Assembly (NCBI RefSeq): GCF_009914755.1
Contig: NC_060927.1
From: the human T2T-CHM13v2.0 reference genome, Homo sapiens
Reading direction: 5' to 3' (one strand)
Length of the DNA: 64,000 nucleotides
The notes below the pieces were generated by a model. That model was given only the letters and a program-made list of their open reading frames with translations. It made no database searches and had not been told where the DNA came from. Both the position numbers and the translations under genes were made by a program. How positions within the stretch are numbered: position 1 is the stretch's first letter; every line of letters begins with the position of its first letter. Positions 13,541 through 26,366 of this stretch are shown here, in pieces.

Positions 13541-13749
13541 TAAGTCCACATTTTAATAATACCAAGACTGATAAGACCTTACTTCTTTCAGGCTCTTTCA
13601 TATTACAGATAATAAGAGATGATTATAGATAATAAGAGAATGCATGTATTTATTAAAAGATTTGTAGGGATAGCATACCACAGATAGACTATCAGTGTTA
13701 GGAGAAACCCTAACTGTTAGTGAGCATCTATTATTAGTAAACAGAGAAG

Positions 13750-13975
13750 AACACAGACTATGAAGATAGTCTGCTTGGGTTTGAATCCTCTATTGTTATT
13801 TATTAGCTGTATAACCCTGGGAAAATTGCTTAACCTTTCAGGTCCTCATTTCTTCCATTTGTAAAGTGGAGGTAATAGCATTACCTAGCTCATAAGGTTG
13901 TTATGAAGACTGAGATAATGCATGTAATGCACTAACAAGAGTGACTAGAATATAGTGAGTGTTCTACACAAGTTC
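13750..13975 (+). mobile_element. MIR
   Basis: ctgcttgggtttgaatcct...tattagctgtataaccctgggaaaattgcttaacc...tttgtaaagtggagg. Confidence 0.8.
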
Positions 13976-16784
13976 TCTCATACTACTGTGTTCCAGAAAC
14001 CGTGCTCAGTAAATGGAAAAAAACCTACATTATTTAATTCTGACATCAACTCTTTGATGCAGGCATGACATATTGCCACCTTATAGGTAAGGACACTAAA
14101 CGTCAGAATGGCGAATGGCAGGGAAGAATGAAGGTGGCTTTTTGAGTTTGGCTGATGCTCTATCAAGATCTTTCTATTGTAACTTGTTGCTTGAGATCAC
14201 ACAGGTAAGTAGTAGCATAAGACAGGGAGTGTAACCAAGATTCCTGGTTCTCAGTTTAATATGCTTTTTTATACATTACAGAGAATTGGAATACTGTCCA
14301 ATTTCTGACTTTGTGCAAAGGAAAAATATTTACAATTTAGTAAAGAATGCTAATTTATAATTCCAAATGAAAAATGATGACTTAATGCCCAGGGAGATTA
14401 AATTTCTCTTTCTTCCAAAAGTTACTAATTGCTACTTATGTAGCAAATATTGAGCTAAATCCTGGGGTCATAGTGGTAAACAATATGGGCAAGGTGATTA
14501 CTAGTGAATTTTTAATAAATTTTAATTACTCAGGTTATTTTTTCTTTCATTCATTTCTTTTATGATTTTTACAAAATTGTGAACTTGGTTCTGATTCTGT
14601 AGGATTTTACTTATAGGCACAAATTATACTTGTCCATAATTATTACCTAGCACTTAAAAAATGATCATTCAAGGCACTTAAAGGAAGAGGCCACTTTCAT
14701 TATTATTTTATTGGACATTGCTCAGTAAGATCTGTGCACGTTCATTATCCACTCACAAATGAATGGACTATGATGTGGTTCTAGGCTGACACTCCATGAC
14801 CTCATGAGCTTCTGAACCAGGTAGACCATAATGAAGGCATTCATTAGAGGTCTGTGAACCAGGGAGGTGGCACACATTGAAGTTCCCACATCATCATTCA
14901 TACTAATCTGATTAACTCTCCTACTCTCATTTCCAGAGTGCAGGGATCAGGAATTTTGGCAACCATCTGGGTAACAGAAGCCCCTCCCCAAGGATCTGGT
15001 AAATTTCTGCCCATATGTTCCCTGTAAAATTGCATTGCCTGCGGCTTTCTTCCCATAGCTCATGTCTGCAGAGATGACCAACCAACCAGATCTTGTGGCA
15101 GGCCCCGACAGCCTTCCAGGAATAGGGCAATGTTACATTATCATTTCTCACTGAGACATACATGTGACTTTTATTGCCATATTGATAATATGGGCATTGA
15201 GAAAATGACAAGTACATTGGATCATGTAAAGACATTTTGTGACACCCAACTTGCAATACATTGTTATTTTTAAAAGGACTTTGCATCATAGGACATACAA
15301 AAAGATAGTGCCACTTTCTATCTTACAGGACAAAACCTGGGAAGCAGGCTTTCAGAACATGGAGTCTGATGTAATTCTCTCCAACTGGAGAACCTCCAGG
15401 GAGAAGGAGACATACGATGCTGATTTATTTGGATTATACAACAAAGGCCATTTTTAATAACTAAAAACTAAGGCTTGATTCATGGAATTGTGATTTTAAA
15501 ACAATAGCAATCCTGGACAGGGCTTTCCCCTGTATGATTTCCCTGTATCCCAAGGCAGCTCTTGGTAGGAGCATTTTATACTTGTCAACAGCGTTCATCA
15601 GCTGAAAAATAAATGAATCATTCCCTCTTTTGAATAACTCAAAGAAACATGTGCTTAGAGTCAGCATGGTACCATTTTCACTGGTTTTCAGCCTAAGCTG
15701 TGATATTTATCACCGTGAATTTATCAGAATATATATGAAGCATGTTCAATTGTAGGAATAAATACTGAAGGTTTAGTTCACTTTTGAGAGTTGGAGGAAA
15801 AGAGACTGATTTCTGTAAGAACATTTCTATCTTCTAAATATTCATTCATAGCCTCACTATTGAAAGGAAGAACCACAACAGAGATCGTCTGTAGAGTCAT
15901 TATTATAATCTACCTCTTCTGCTCAGACAACCAGAAACTCATGTGTGACTAGATGAGAATAGGTAAGCCTGGTCTTCAGGTCACTTTTGTCTCATGACAG
16001 AGAAATACTTCATAGAAACTAGATTTTGTCTGCCGCAGTTCAACCTGGTCTAACTTGTTGAAATTCTCCTCCTGATGATATCTAAAACTACCTTTGGAAA
16101 TGTACAGATATGTGATTGTGTGATTTTCTCATTGGCGCCATTGGTCAGACCATAGACCTCTAGGGGTGGCTGGTACACCATCAGGAAGAAGCAGTGTGTT
16201 ACATTGGCAACTATCTGTAGAGATGTGGTATTGCCCTTTCTACATGTTCCTACCTAAAAATGATATGTAAAAACTTTGCATAATTTAATTTATGATTCTC
16301 TCATCTAAGCTATTTCCTCAATTAACTAACTTCAGTCTGGTAACTTTAAAAAGTAGGTTTCATGTTGTATTTCAAGTTATTTCCTGTGCTCTGGTATTGC
16401 ATTTTCCTTCCATTGCGCCCTAATATATAGTCAGTTCCTTTCAATTTATTACTGTCAATCACTGTATGCTGATGCCCTGCATCACATAACAGAGAGGAAC
16501 AAAGATTTGAACACAAGTTGTAATTTCTTCACTCCGAAAACTAGATCTGTTTTATTCTTTACTGCCTAGTACCTTGTATCATTTCTGGCAAATGCTAAGA
16601 GCATCTTCTGTGATGAATGTTTAAGGAATAAAGGATGAATGAATGAACGGATTGAAATCTTGTCCCTGCTCTCAAAAACCTCACGGTCAACTTTGAGGAA
16701 CGAAATATTAAATTATTAGAAACTATCATGTAAATTTTTATTTGATCATTTCATGTTTTCTATTAGAAAAACAACAAGCATTCA

Positions 16785-17192
<408 letters not shown>

Positions 17193-17199
17193 TTATTCC

Positions 17200-17503
17200 T
17201 TTTTGTGTGTGTGGGGGGACGCGGGTACAGAGTTTCACTCTGTCACCCACGCTGGAGTGCAGTGGCACCATCTCAGGTCACTGCAACCTCTGTCTTCTGG
17301 TTCAAACAATTCTCCTGCCTCAGCTTCCCAAATAGCTGGGATTACAGGCGCATGCCACCGTGCCGGCTAATTTTTGTATCTTTAGTAGAGACTAGGTTTC
17401 GCCATGTTGGCCAGGTGGGTCTCGGACTCCTGACCTAAAATGATCCGCCTGCCTTGGCCTCGCTACGTGCTGGCATTACAGGCATGAGCCACTGTGCCCA
17501 GCT
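17200..17503 (-). mobile_element. AluS, antisense, tail-to-tail with 16840-17147
   Basis: Full antisense dimer with degenerate tail. Confidence 0.93.
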
Positions 17504-17649
17504 TAGATTTAATGATGAATATGGCATCAGCAAAAAACAATCAGAAGACTGGACAGGTACCATCATTATGCAAGTGGATGTGGAATCAATGATTAGACAC
17601 GGTTTCTTCCTCTAAGGAAGGGAAAGTCATCAACTAACTTGTTCTTTGA

Positions 17650-17890
17650 GTGCAGTCATTGGAACACAGACTTTAGAATCAAACAGACTTGAATAAAAGC
17701 CTAGATTCTTACACTTAGAACTATTTGATATTGGGCAAATTATAGAACCTCTCTCAGCTTCAATTTTCTATCTGTAAAGTGAGATCATGATGCTTAAGTG
17801 TTTACCAGGATGAAATGCAATAACATATTAGCAGACATTACACTTCTGCCCAGTTTCTGATCCGCAGCGAGCACTTATAAACTATTACTA
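17650..17890 (+). mobile_element. MIR
   Basis: cagactttagaatcaaacagact...ttgggcaaatt...tatctgtaaagtgag. Confidence 0.75.
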
Positions 17891-18919
17891 AAGGAAGTAG
17901 GATAAAAAAGATTTGAAAAGCTTTCAGAAAGGAAGTAGCATTTGCACTTTCTAAAATGATGATAGGTTTGGATATGAGTAGGAAAAGGTGTGGAGAGGAC
18001 AGAGAAAATAAGGGAAAGCATTTTCAAATGAGAAAACAGCAGTAGCTGTAGAGATTCAAGAAATGCTGGTAATGTGCCAGGAAGAGCAAAAAGACTGGAG
18101 CATCATAGAAATGGGAAGTGGTTACACAGTGTGAAACACATTAGAATGGCTTTACAAGTTTCGAGAATAAAACATTTATTGTACCCTGGAGAATTTAGCC
18201 ACTCTATTTCAGAGTGTGAACTCCTAAATTAAGGAGAAAATGACCAGATATCAGGCAATCTGTCTCCTTGAAAAGGTAAGAGCCCTTGGAAAACTACTTA
18301 TGCAATCATGGAATTGTTGTGTGGCGGAAGGAGAAAGTTAGAAGGAGAGAAGAGGAAGGGATGCCTAGGAAAAGATCCAGTCCCCAGATTTTTCCACTGC
18401 AGGAGCATTCACCAATCATCTGCAAATGCCTGTATTATGACATGGGTGATAGAAAATTTCTTCATCTCATCTTTTGATTCCGGTACAGGATTTTTTGCAG
18501 TACTTAAGTAATTTGATTTGAAATAATCTTTCTTTCTGTGCAATGCACTTTCAGCCACCTCATTAATTTTGATCTTATGGTCAATAAAGTTTCTGTTATT
18601 TCTGCAAATTTCATATCTGGTTAGTCTCCCGGAGTTCTTCCCTTTCTTTTTTCCGTTTTTGCAAGTACGAATCCATGTCTTAATGTTCACCCATTCCTTC
18701 CTTCCAATTTCCCTCAAGTCTTATTTCTCCTCCAGAAGGTCTTTTCTGCCTATACCAACCCACACATTTCTCATCCTCCAATCTCCTATGGATTTTATTA
18801 AACTTTTTTCTCCTTTGCCCTTTGCACTATATATGTAATTCTTGGATTTTAGATAAGTAAAAATATATACATCCTTTTGTTCATTTAACCATAACTTCCT
18901 CTGCCCCTCAAAATAGTAT

Positions 18920-20120
18920 GTATTCAACAAACATAAACTGAGCACCTACTATATGCAAGACTGCTATATGTGACTATAGCAGTAAAGCAAATAGCCATGC
19001 TCTGTGCTCTCATAGGCCTTAAATACAGTAAGAAAGAGAACAAAAATAAGATATAATTAAATTATTGGATTTCTGATAATGATAAATTCTCAAGGAAATT
19101 AACCAAATGATATGTTTGAGAGGGATTGTGAGGATGAAGCCGAGTGCATTAGATAGGGGATTTAGAGAAAACTTTTTGATGAGATTATGTTTGAGGTGAG
19201 ATCTGAGAGATAAGGAGTAGATCAGGCAGTGATCTAGGATCACATTACTTCAGGGAGAGAGAACAAATGGAAATGCCCTCCAGCAGATTCAGGTTTACCT
19301 GTTGGAGGAATAGAAAGAAAATTAGTATGGCTGGATCCTAGTAAGCAAGTGGGCAGAGACACAGAGGCAGAAGGGAGCCGGACCATCTCAGCCCTTGGTG
19401 CGGAGTTTGGATTCTGCTCCAAGTGAAATGGAAAGGTAGAGGAAGCTTTTAATCAGAGGATATACATAATTGGAGTTGAGTTTTAAAAAGATCTTGTTGG
19501 CTATTAGACAGTGAATTGTCTGGAGCAGGGACAAGAACAGAAGCAAAAACATTAGTTAAGATGCTGTCAGTCAGTCCAGACTGCTGTAACAGAACACCAC
19601 AGACTGAACAGCTTAAACAACAGAAATGCATTTCTTACCATTCTTAAGGTTGGCAGTCCAAGATCAGGGTGCTAGCATGATTGGGTTCTGGTGAGGGGTC
19701 TCCTCTTGGTTTGCAGACAGCTACCTTCTTGTTGTGTCCTTACATGGCAGAGAAAAAGATCATCTCTCTTGTGTCCCTTCTTATGAGGGCGCTAATTCCA
19801 TTCCTGAAGACTCCATACTCATGGCTCAATCACCTCCTAAAGGCCCCATAGTACTGTCATCTGAGGATGAGGGTTTCAACTACGAATTTTGCAGGGGACA
19901 CATTCAGTCCACAGCAGATGCTATTGGTATAGTCTAGCCAGAAATAATGACGACTTGCAGTAGGATTGCAGCAGTGGAGTTAATATATTAAAGACACGTA
20001 TTTAAAGTAATGAAAGGAGCCGTGGCAGGACATACTGATGGAGTACAAATTGAGAGTAAGAAGAGTGAGATTAAGGATGAGTCTTGTGGTGACATTACTA
20101 GAGGGGAAGAAAAAGTTTTT
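18920..20120 (-). mobile_element. L2a relic interrupted by MLT1A
   Basis: Antisense L2 3' end tattcaacaaacataaactgagcacctactat; L2 sequence resumes after 19921. Confidence 0.75.
19565..19916 (-). mobile_element. MLT1A-type MaLR solo LTR
   Basis: TG...CA ends; perfect 5-bp TSD gatgc (19560-19564, 19917-19921). Confidence 0.88.
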
Positions 20121-20279
20121 GAATTTACTGATTAGTTGTAATTAAAAAAATGTTTTTCTAAATAAAAATTATGATAGTTCTATTCAAAAGATATACAACT
20201 TTTACAAGCTATGCTAATGTCTACAAAATATCTCTCCACTTACAAATTGTTTTGTTTTAACAATCCCTATAATATATAT

Positions 20280-20445
20280 CAGGAGTTGGTAAATTTTTTG
20301 CAAAGAGCTAGATAGTAAATACTTTGGACTTTGTAGGCCACACTATCTTCGGACAGTACATCAATGTAAAGCTTTACATCAATGTGAAGTACCAATGAAG
20401 ATTTATTTACAAAAACAGGCATAGGCCATAGTTTGTCAAACTTTC
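20280..20445. mobile_element. MER58A hAT-Charlie relic, internally rearranged
   Basis: caggagttggtaaatttt...gatagtaaat...tttacaaaaacaggc; homologous to 55987-56190. Confidence 0.75.
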
Positions 20446-21619
20446 ATGTATATGATATAATAGAATGATTGCCTAAGCAGAATACATAAGTGCTTCTAAT
20501 TCATAGAATACCTCAAAAACATATTCAACTTAGAGATGGCAACTTCACGAGTAATTGAAAAATCAGGCTTATGGGATTTATGGTCTTTTAAAAAGCCATT
20601 TTATCTTTCCTCATTAGGAATTCCTGTAAGCATCTGATTGTGTTCAAATACTCATCCCAAAGATGCATGGTATAGAATTTGGAAATCTGATATGAGCCCT
20701 TTGATTGAAATATTTATCTGTTCTCAAACCTCAATAGAAAACGAAGGTCAAAAGGCCTTTTTAAATTGGGTGGCAGAGGTGGGATATTTATTGTTATTTT
20801 TAATTCACTTCAATTATTTCAAGTGACATTTTATTCTTCTAATTTCTTTTTTAAATTACCCATCCTTGAAAAGCGTCATCTGAATTTGACAATTACTTTC
20901 CTTTTTCAGGGAACAGAGCTAGTTTCTGTCTGTGTCTCATAGAAAAATACAGCCCCTATGTTCTAAAGGTTATTAATATTTACAACAAGTTGTGATGTAT
21001 TGAATTAACTGCTTTTATCTCGCCTTTGAAGTCCTGATAACGAAAAGGACAGAAAGATCAATAACCACATGATGGGTAACTAATTGCTTTTGCTTCCACT
21101 TGCAACCTGCCATCTCACTCAGAGCTCAATCCAAACTCCATTTGACAACCTCAGATATTGTTTTCAACCTTAGATCTCAACAGTCTGGACTCCAAATTGA
21201 GTACTCCAAATTGAGTAGAAAGACATGCTTAAAAACTTTTCAATCAATAATTTTTTATGTGTATGTACTACTCAATACCATCCATATGGGAAATTTATTA
21301 GAAGTAATTACTCAGATGACTATAAAGAACTGGAATAATTTATTTGCTAAGAGGGATAGTCTTCTAAACGGTATGTAATTACTTCTTTTGTTATGTTTGT
21401 CATGATTTAATTCGCTATTGTAAAGTCAAAGCTTCACATTGAAGATGCTTTCATTAAGTGCTTATTTAGTACCACTACTACTAGCTAACAAATTTTCATC
21501 AGTTGCTATAGGTCATGTTCTGGTCCAAAGGATTTACAAAATTAACTTACTGAATCTTTACAATTCCATAAAGTAAGTACTCCTTTTTTCTACATTGTGA
21601 CATAGAAAAGTGTCCATAG

Positions 21620-21830
21620 CTTCACGGTAATGAATCCTGTATTTCCCACTTGCCAATTTCTTGACCTTGGGCAAGTTCATTCATCTCTTCGTACCTTAGT
21701 TTGCCCATTCATAACTTGGGAATAAAAATCATGCCTGCCTCATCGAGTTATTAAGATAAAGTAGGTTAATATTTTAAAACACTTAGAAGAGTGTCTGACA
21801 TATGCTAAAGATAGTTATCTGTAACTAATA
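21620..21830 (+). mobile_element. MIR
   Basis: ttgaccttgggcaagttc...cttagtttgccc...gtgtctgacata. Confidence 0.7.
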
Positions 21831-22204
21831 AGATAAACCTAACTTGCCTAAAGACAAAGCTAGTAAAAACAGCATCCTTCTGTACAAGATGCTATGAGGA
21901 ATACAAAGATGAATCAACACGGTTAGAAGATCTGGCATATTTATTGACAAGAACATCTTCATGGCAATATGCCTGGTTTTTACTGAGTGTGAAATAAATC
22001 TCCATTCTTGTAAAGTGAGAGAGAAATTATGTCACGAATACCAGTTTATCTCTACAAATGGGTAACAACTCATTGTGGACCCGAGCTGCTGACAATTAAA
22101 CTGAATGTATGAGTCAGTCTTGCTTATGTTGCTTTCATGGTTTGCACTGGATTACAACTGCTTTCACCTTCCTCTTAAGAATTCGTTGGTGAAAGCAATC
22201 ATAG

Positions 22205-22584
22205 TAAGGTGGTTTGGATCTGTGTCCCCACCAAATCTCATGTGGAATTGTAATCCCCTGTGTTGGAGGTGAGGCCTTGTTGGGGGTTGGGTCATGGGGG
22301 CAATTTCTCATGAATGGGTTAGCACCATCCCTGCTACTGTTCTCATGATAGTGCGCGAGCTCTTGTGGTATCCTTCTCTCTCGCTTCTGCTCCCACCATG
22401 TGGGACATCTGGCTCCTCCTTTGCTTTCTGCCATGATTGGAAGCTTCCTAAGGCCTCTCCAGAAGCAGAAGGTGCTATGCTTCCTGTATAGTCTGCAGAA
22501 CCATGAGCCAATTAAACCTCTTTTCTTTATAAATTACCCAGTCTCAGGTATTTCTTTATAGCAGTGTGAGAACAGACTAATATA
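22205..22584 (+). mobile_element. MST (MSTA-like) MaLR solo LTR
   Basis: ggtttggatctgtgtccccaccaaatctc...aattaaacctcttttctttataaattacccagtctcagg...gactaata. Confidence 0.9.
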
Positions 22585-23713
22585 CATCAGAAGTTGTTTT
22601 TCCAAAATTAAATATTTAAAGTTTTCCGATTAAAGGGCAGATTAAATTTTTGTTCTTAACTTTTAAAATAAGAATTTCATGCCAAACATTGAGCATTCAC
22701 AGTATAGTTATTTATACTGGTTGCGAAGGTCATTTATATCCCTGTACTTATACCTATATCTTTTTATGACCCACATCTTCAAACATAGTATTTTTTTGCA
22801 TTTTGATGAGTGATTAATTTTAAAGATGACTAAATGATTTTTGCAGGAGTGTACATGCATTGCTTTCCCCTGTTCTCATCCAATGACTCTCCTCAATTTT
22901 GGTCAGAAATTTACTTTTCGCTATCTCTTCTTACATAGACGTGTTTAAATATTTCATTATCTTAATTTAAACCCTTAATTCATTCAGTTCCAAATGTGAG
23001 CTGAAACTTATTTCTTAGCTAAACGAGAAATTTACAAAGGAAATGAAAGATAACATTGCAAAAATGTCCATTCCTCTCTCCTTCTTCATCCTCCTGGTAT
23101 ACTGCTTGTATTGAATGTTAATACTCATAAGAGAGAATCCCACCGAATCCAGTGAACCAGGAGAGGTGTGAGTTTGCATCTGTGTTAGGAATGAGACTTT
23201 TTCGGTTGATTAGCCTGCTCTACCCAGGCTGCAATGCTGTGCCACTTGAGAATGTTTCCTTGCAAAGGTGCTAATGCAGAAAACCAGCCAAAAGCCTTTT
23301 AAAGATTTCTCTGTTATGTCCCCCAAATCCCATCCTCAAATGTGGACAAATTGATGGTGGTAGTGTTGGGAGTCAGGCCTAAGAGATTCAATTAAGCCAG
23401 GAAACACTCTCTACATAGAATGAAATGTTTCCCTGCTCCTCTATATTGAGAACCCAGTGCTTGACTTACATAGCTATTGCCTCAGAATTATTTCCTTCGT
23501 ATTGCAAGTCCTTTAAAAGCTTTCTCAGATAAAGCCGATTTGTTCTCTCAGAGTCTTGTACTTTTAACGGGTTTCATGCTGTTACGAATACCCAGACAGA
23601 ACTTCCCGTTCAATTCCCTGAATGAAATGTTAGATCGAGACAATTAAATTCCTTTTGTGAGTCTTTGGGAAGTAATCTTGGACGAAAGCAGTGGGGAAAT
23701 AATTACTATAGAT

Positions 23714-23874
23714 CAGTGGGCCTCTAAGTGCAGTCTCCAGACCAGCAAAATCAGTATCACCTGCAAACTTATTAGAACATGCAAGTGATCCAGCCAGACC
23801 CCAACCTTACTGAATCGGCAACTAATGGAGGTAGGGGCCCAGCAATGGGATACACCCACATTTGAGAACGTCTG
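23714..23874. mobile_element. MER5A hAT-Charlie MITE
   Basis: CAG...CTG ends; 8-bp TSD ctatagat/ctatagag (7 of 8 match). Confidence 0.82.
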
Positions 23875-24399
23875 CTATAGAGAAATATTTCACAGAGACC
23901 CATGTCCTTCTGGGAAGTCTGTGAAAAAGCTGTTACATGTGGTTCTGATTTTTGACTCTTCAGCATGTTTCCAGGGTGAAGAACTATTTTAATTTATACT
24001 AATCCTTCCAAGTCAATCATCTTCTCAGCATAAAACCTTCCTGGCATTGCCATACATCATTTTCTAATGTGATATGGCCACTGCCTAGTACCAAATTATA
24101 TGAGTGATTGTCTCTCTCATTTCCATCAAAATGTATCTGCTTTATTTTTACATCTCCTGATAATATTCAGACATCTCAATGCTTTATTCTTTCATATTAT
24201 TGTAGGTTTTATTTCTCCTATTAGATAGTGAGCTTTATAAATTCATTGGTGCATTCAGCAAAAAAAAAAAAATGTGTTTCTCTCACATTGAAGCAGAATG
24301 TATGGGCCTAATTTGGTTCCCATATCTACTCTACAGGGCAAGTGCATTAAGGCCTCTGAGCTTTAGTTTTATCACCTTTAAAATAAGGGTGGCAATATC

Positions 24400-24650
24400 T
24401 GGAGGTAAACACTTAACATAATGCTTAGTATATGCCAGACATCAATTTTGATCTCTTTATATGAATTATGCAACTCATTCTCACTGTATACCTATAAGGT
24501 AGCCATCATTATTATTCCCATTTTGTAGATGAAGGAAGTGAGGCAGAGAAAAGATAACTTGCTGGAGGTCATAGAGCTGGTATGTGGTGGAGTTGAGAAC
24601 CCAGGCAGCCTACGGCCCAATACCAGGCACTGAACCCCAATGCCAACTGC
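24400..24650 (-). mobile_element. MIR
   Basis: attattcccattttgtagatgaaggaagtgaggcagaga. Confidence 0.75.
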
Positions 24651-24831
24651 TTTGTAATCTAACGCCATAGGGTTGTTTTGAATATCAGTTTCCATGTACT
24701 TAGCACAGGGCCAGACATGGCTTGTGATATAGACATGGCTTTTGATATAGGATGGCTATTTTTAACTCCTTCAAGAAATGTTCAGCCTATGGAAGGAGAA
24801 AATGTGGGAAAATAATAAAATAATATAGGTA

Positions 24832-25306
24832 TGTATTAGTAATCCTATTGCTGATGTAACAAATTACCCTATACTTAATGGCTTAAAATAATACATATTT
24901 ATTAATTTACCCTTCTGGAGGACAGAAGTTCAAGGTGGGTTTCAATGGGTTAAATTCAAATTTTCAAGAAGATTGCATTTTTTCTCACGGCTCTACAGAA
25001 AATCTGTTCCCTTGCCTTTTTCAATCTCTAGATTTTGCCTGTATTCCATAGCTTGTGGCCCCTTTCCTTCTGCAAAGCCAGTAATGTCCTCTCTGCAACC
25101 TCTACTTCCATCTCACACCTTTTCTGACTCTAACTCTCCTGCCTTCCTCTTCTACTTTTGAGAACACTTGTGATTACATTGGACAATCCAGGATAATCTC
25201 TTCATCCTGATTTATAATTGAATCACATCTTCTAAGAGCCTTCTAAGATCATACCCCCAAGGTTAGAACATGGACATCTCTTGGGGGCCATTTTTCTGCC
25301 TACTAA
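24832..25306 (-). mobile_element. MLT1 (C/D-like) MaLR solo LTR
   Basis: tgtattagt...ctattgctgatgtaacaaattacc...ggacatctcttgggggccatttttctgcctac. Confidence 0.82.
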
Positions 25307-26221
25307 TAAGTGTTTTATAGATGTATGTTCTCACATGCACATTAGAGAAAGCGTGAGGAGTGGAAGTCAGGAAGGCTTTTTGGAGAAGTGATGCTCTAAT
25401 ATAATGTTTAGTTAGGAATAGTTCTTTCAACAGTGAAGCAAGGAGGAACAAAAAGGAATTTTCAAGTCCTCCAATCCTGAAGCAGCCATGGCATACTCAG
25501 GTTGCAGATTTAGTTCCAGTGATTAGAAGACTGGGTTCTGGAGGTGGCAGTGTGTGGAGCTAAAACTAAAATGAGAAGCAGAGGTCAGGTAATTGATGTC
25601 ATTGTATGGCAAGCTAAGGGATTTGGAGCTTATTGGTTGACTATGGGCTTCTTTTTCAATGAGACCCTGCAGGGTACATAGACACTCAGTAAACACCGCT
25701 GATGAACAAACCATGTAATTGAATTAATACAGACTTTGATACAACATTTGGTCAGAAAAAATAAATCTACCCATGACTCTCTCTGTTGTGAGAGCATGAC
25801 TTGAGTAATTGTTTGATCCCTCTTGTGTTCCACTGAGAAGTGGAAGAACTTTTATCGGCTGAGAACTGCCCTAGGCATCCTTAGTTACATACTCCAGTAA
25901 AAGCACTTCGAGTTAAAGCAGCGATGGCTTTCTAAGGCCAAAATGTGCTGTTTGAGGATAAAGTATAAGTCAGATTAGAAACTCAAAACCTCTGATGGCA
26001 CATTAATGTGCCAACGTGGGGACATTCCACCCTATACTTTCACTCACATTCACAGAATGATGCAAGAGACCCTTTAATCCAAAAGTAAACAGAACTATGT
26101 GTGGGTGAGATAAGGATGTTCACTTAATACAGTGGGGTATCTGCACAAGTATCTCTGTGCAGAGGTGCTTGTCTGAGCGCAAGCTGTGTGCTATAGCCAC
26201 AGAAGTAATAAATAAAATTTT

Positions 26222-26366
26222 TACCTGTGCCTGTAGTCCAGCCTATTCAGGAGGCTGAGGTAGGAGGATTGCTTGAGCCTGGGAACTTGAGCCTGCAGTG
26301 AGCTCTGATCACACCATTGCACTCCAGCATGGGTGATGGACTGAGACTCTGCCTTAAAAAAATAAA
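26222..26366 (+). mobile_element. Alu right-arm monomer (FRAM/AluJ-like)
   Basis: gcctgtagtcc...ggaggattgcttgagcctggg...ctgcagtgagc...A tail. Confidence 0.85.
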
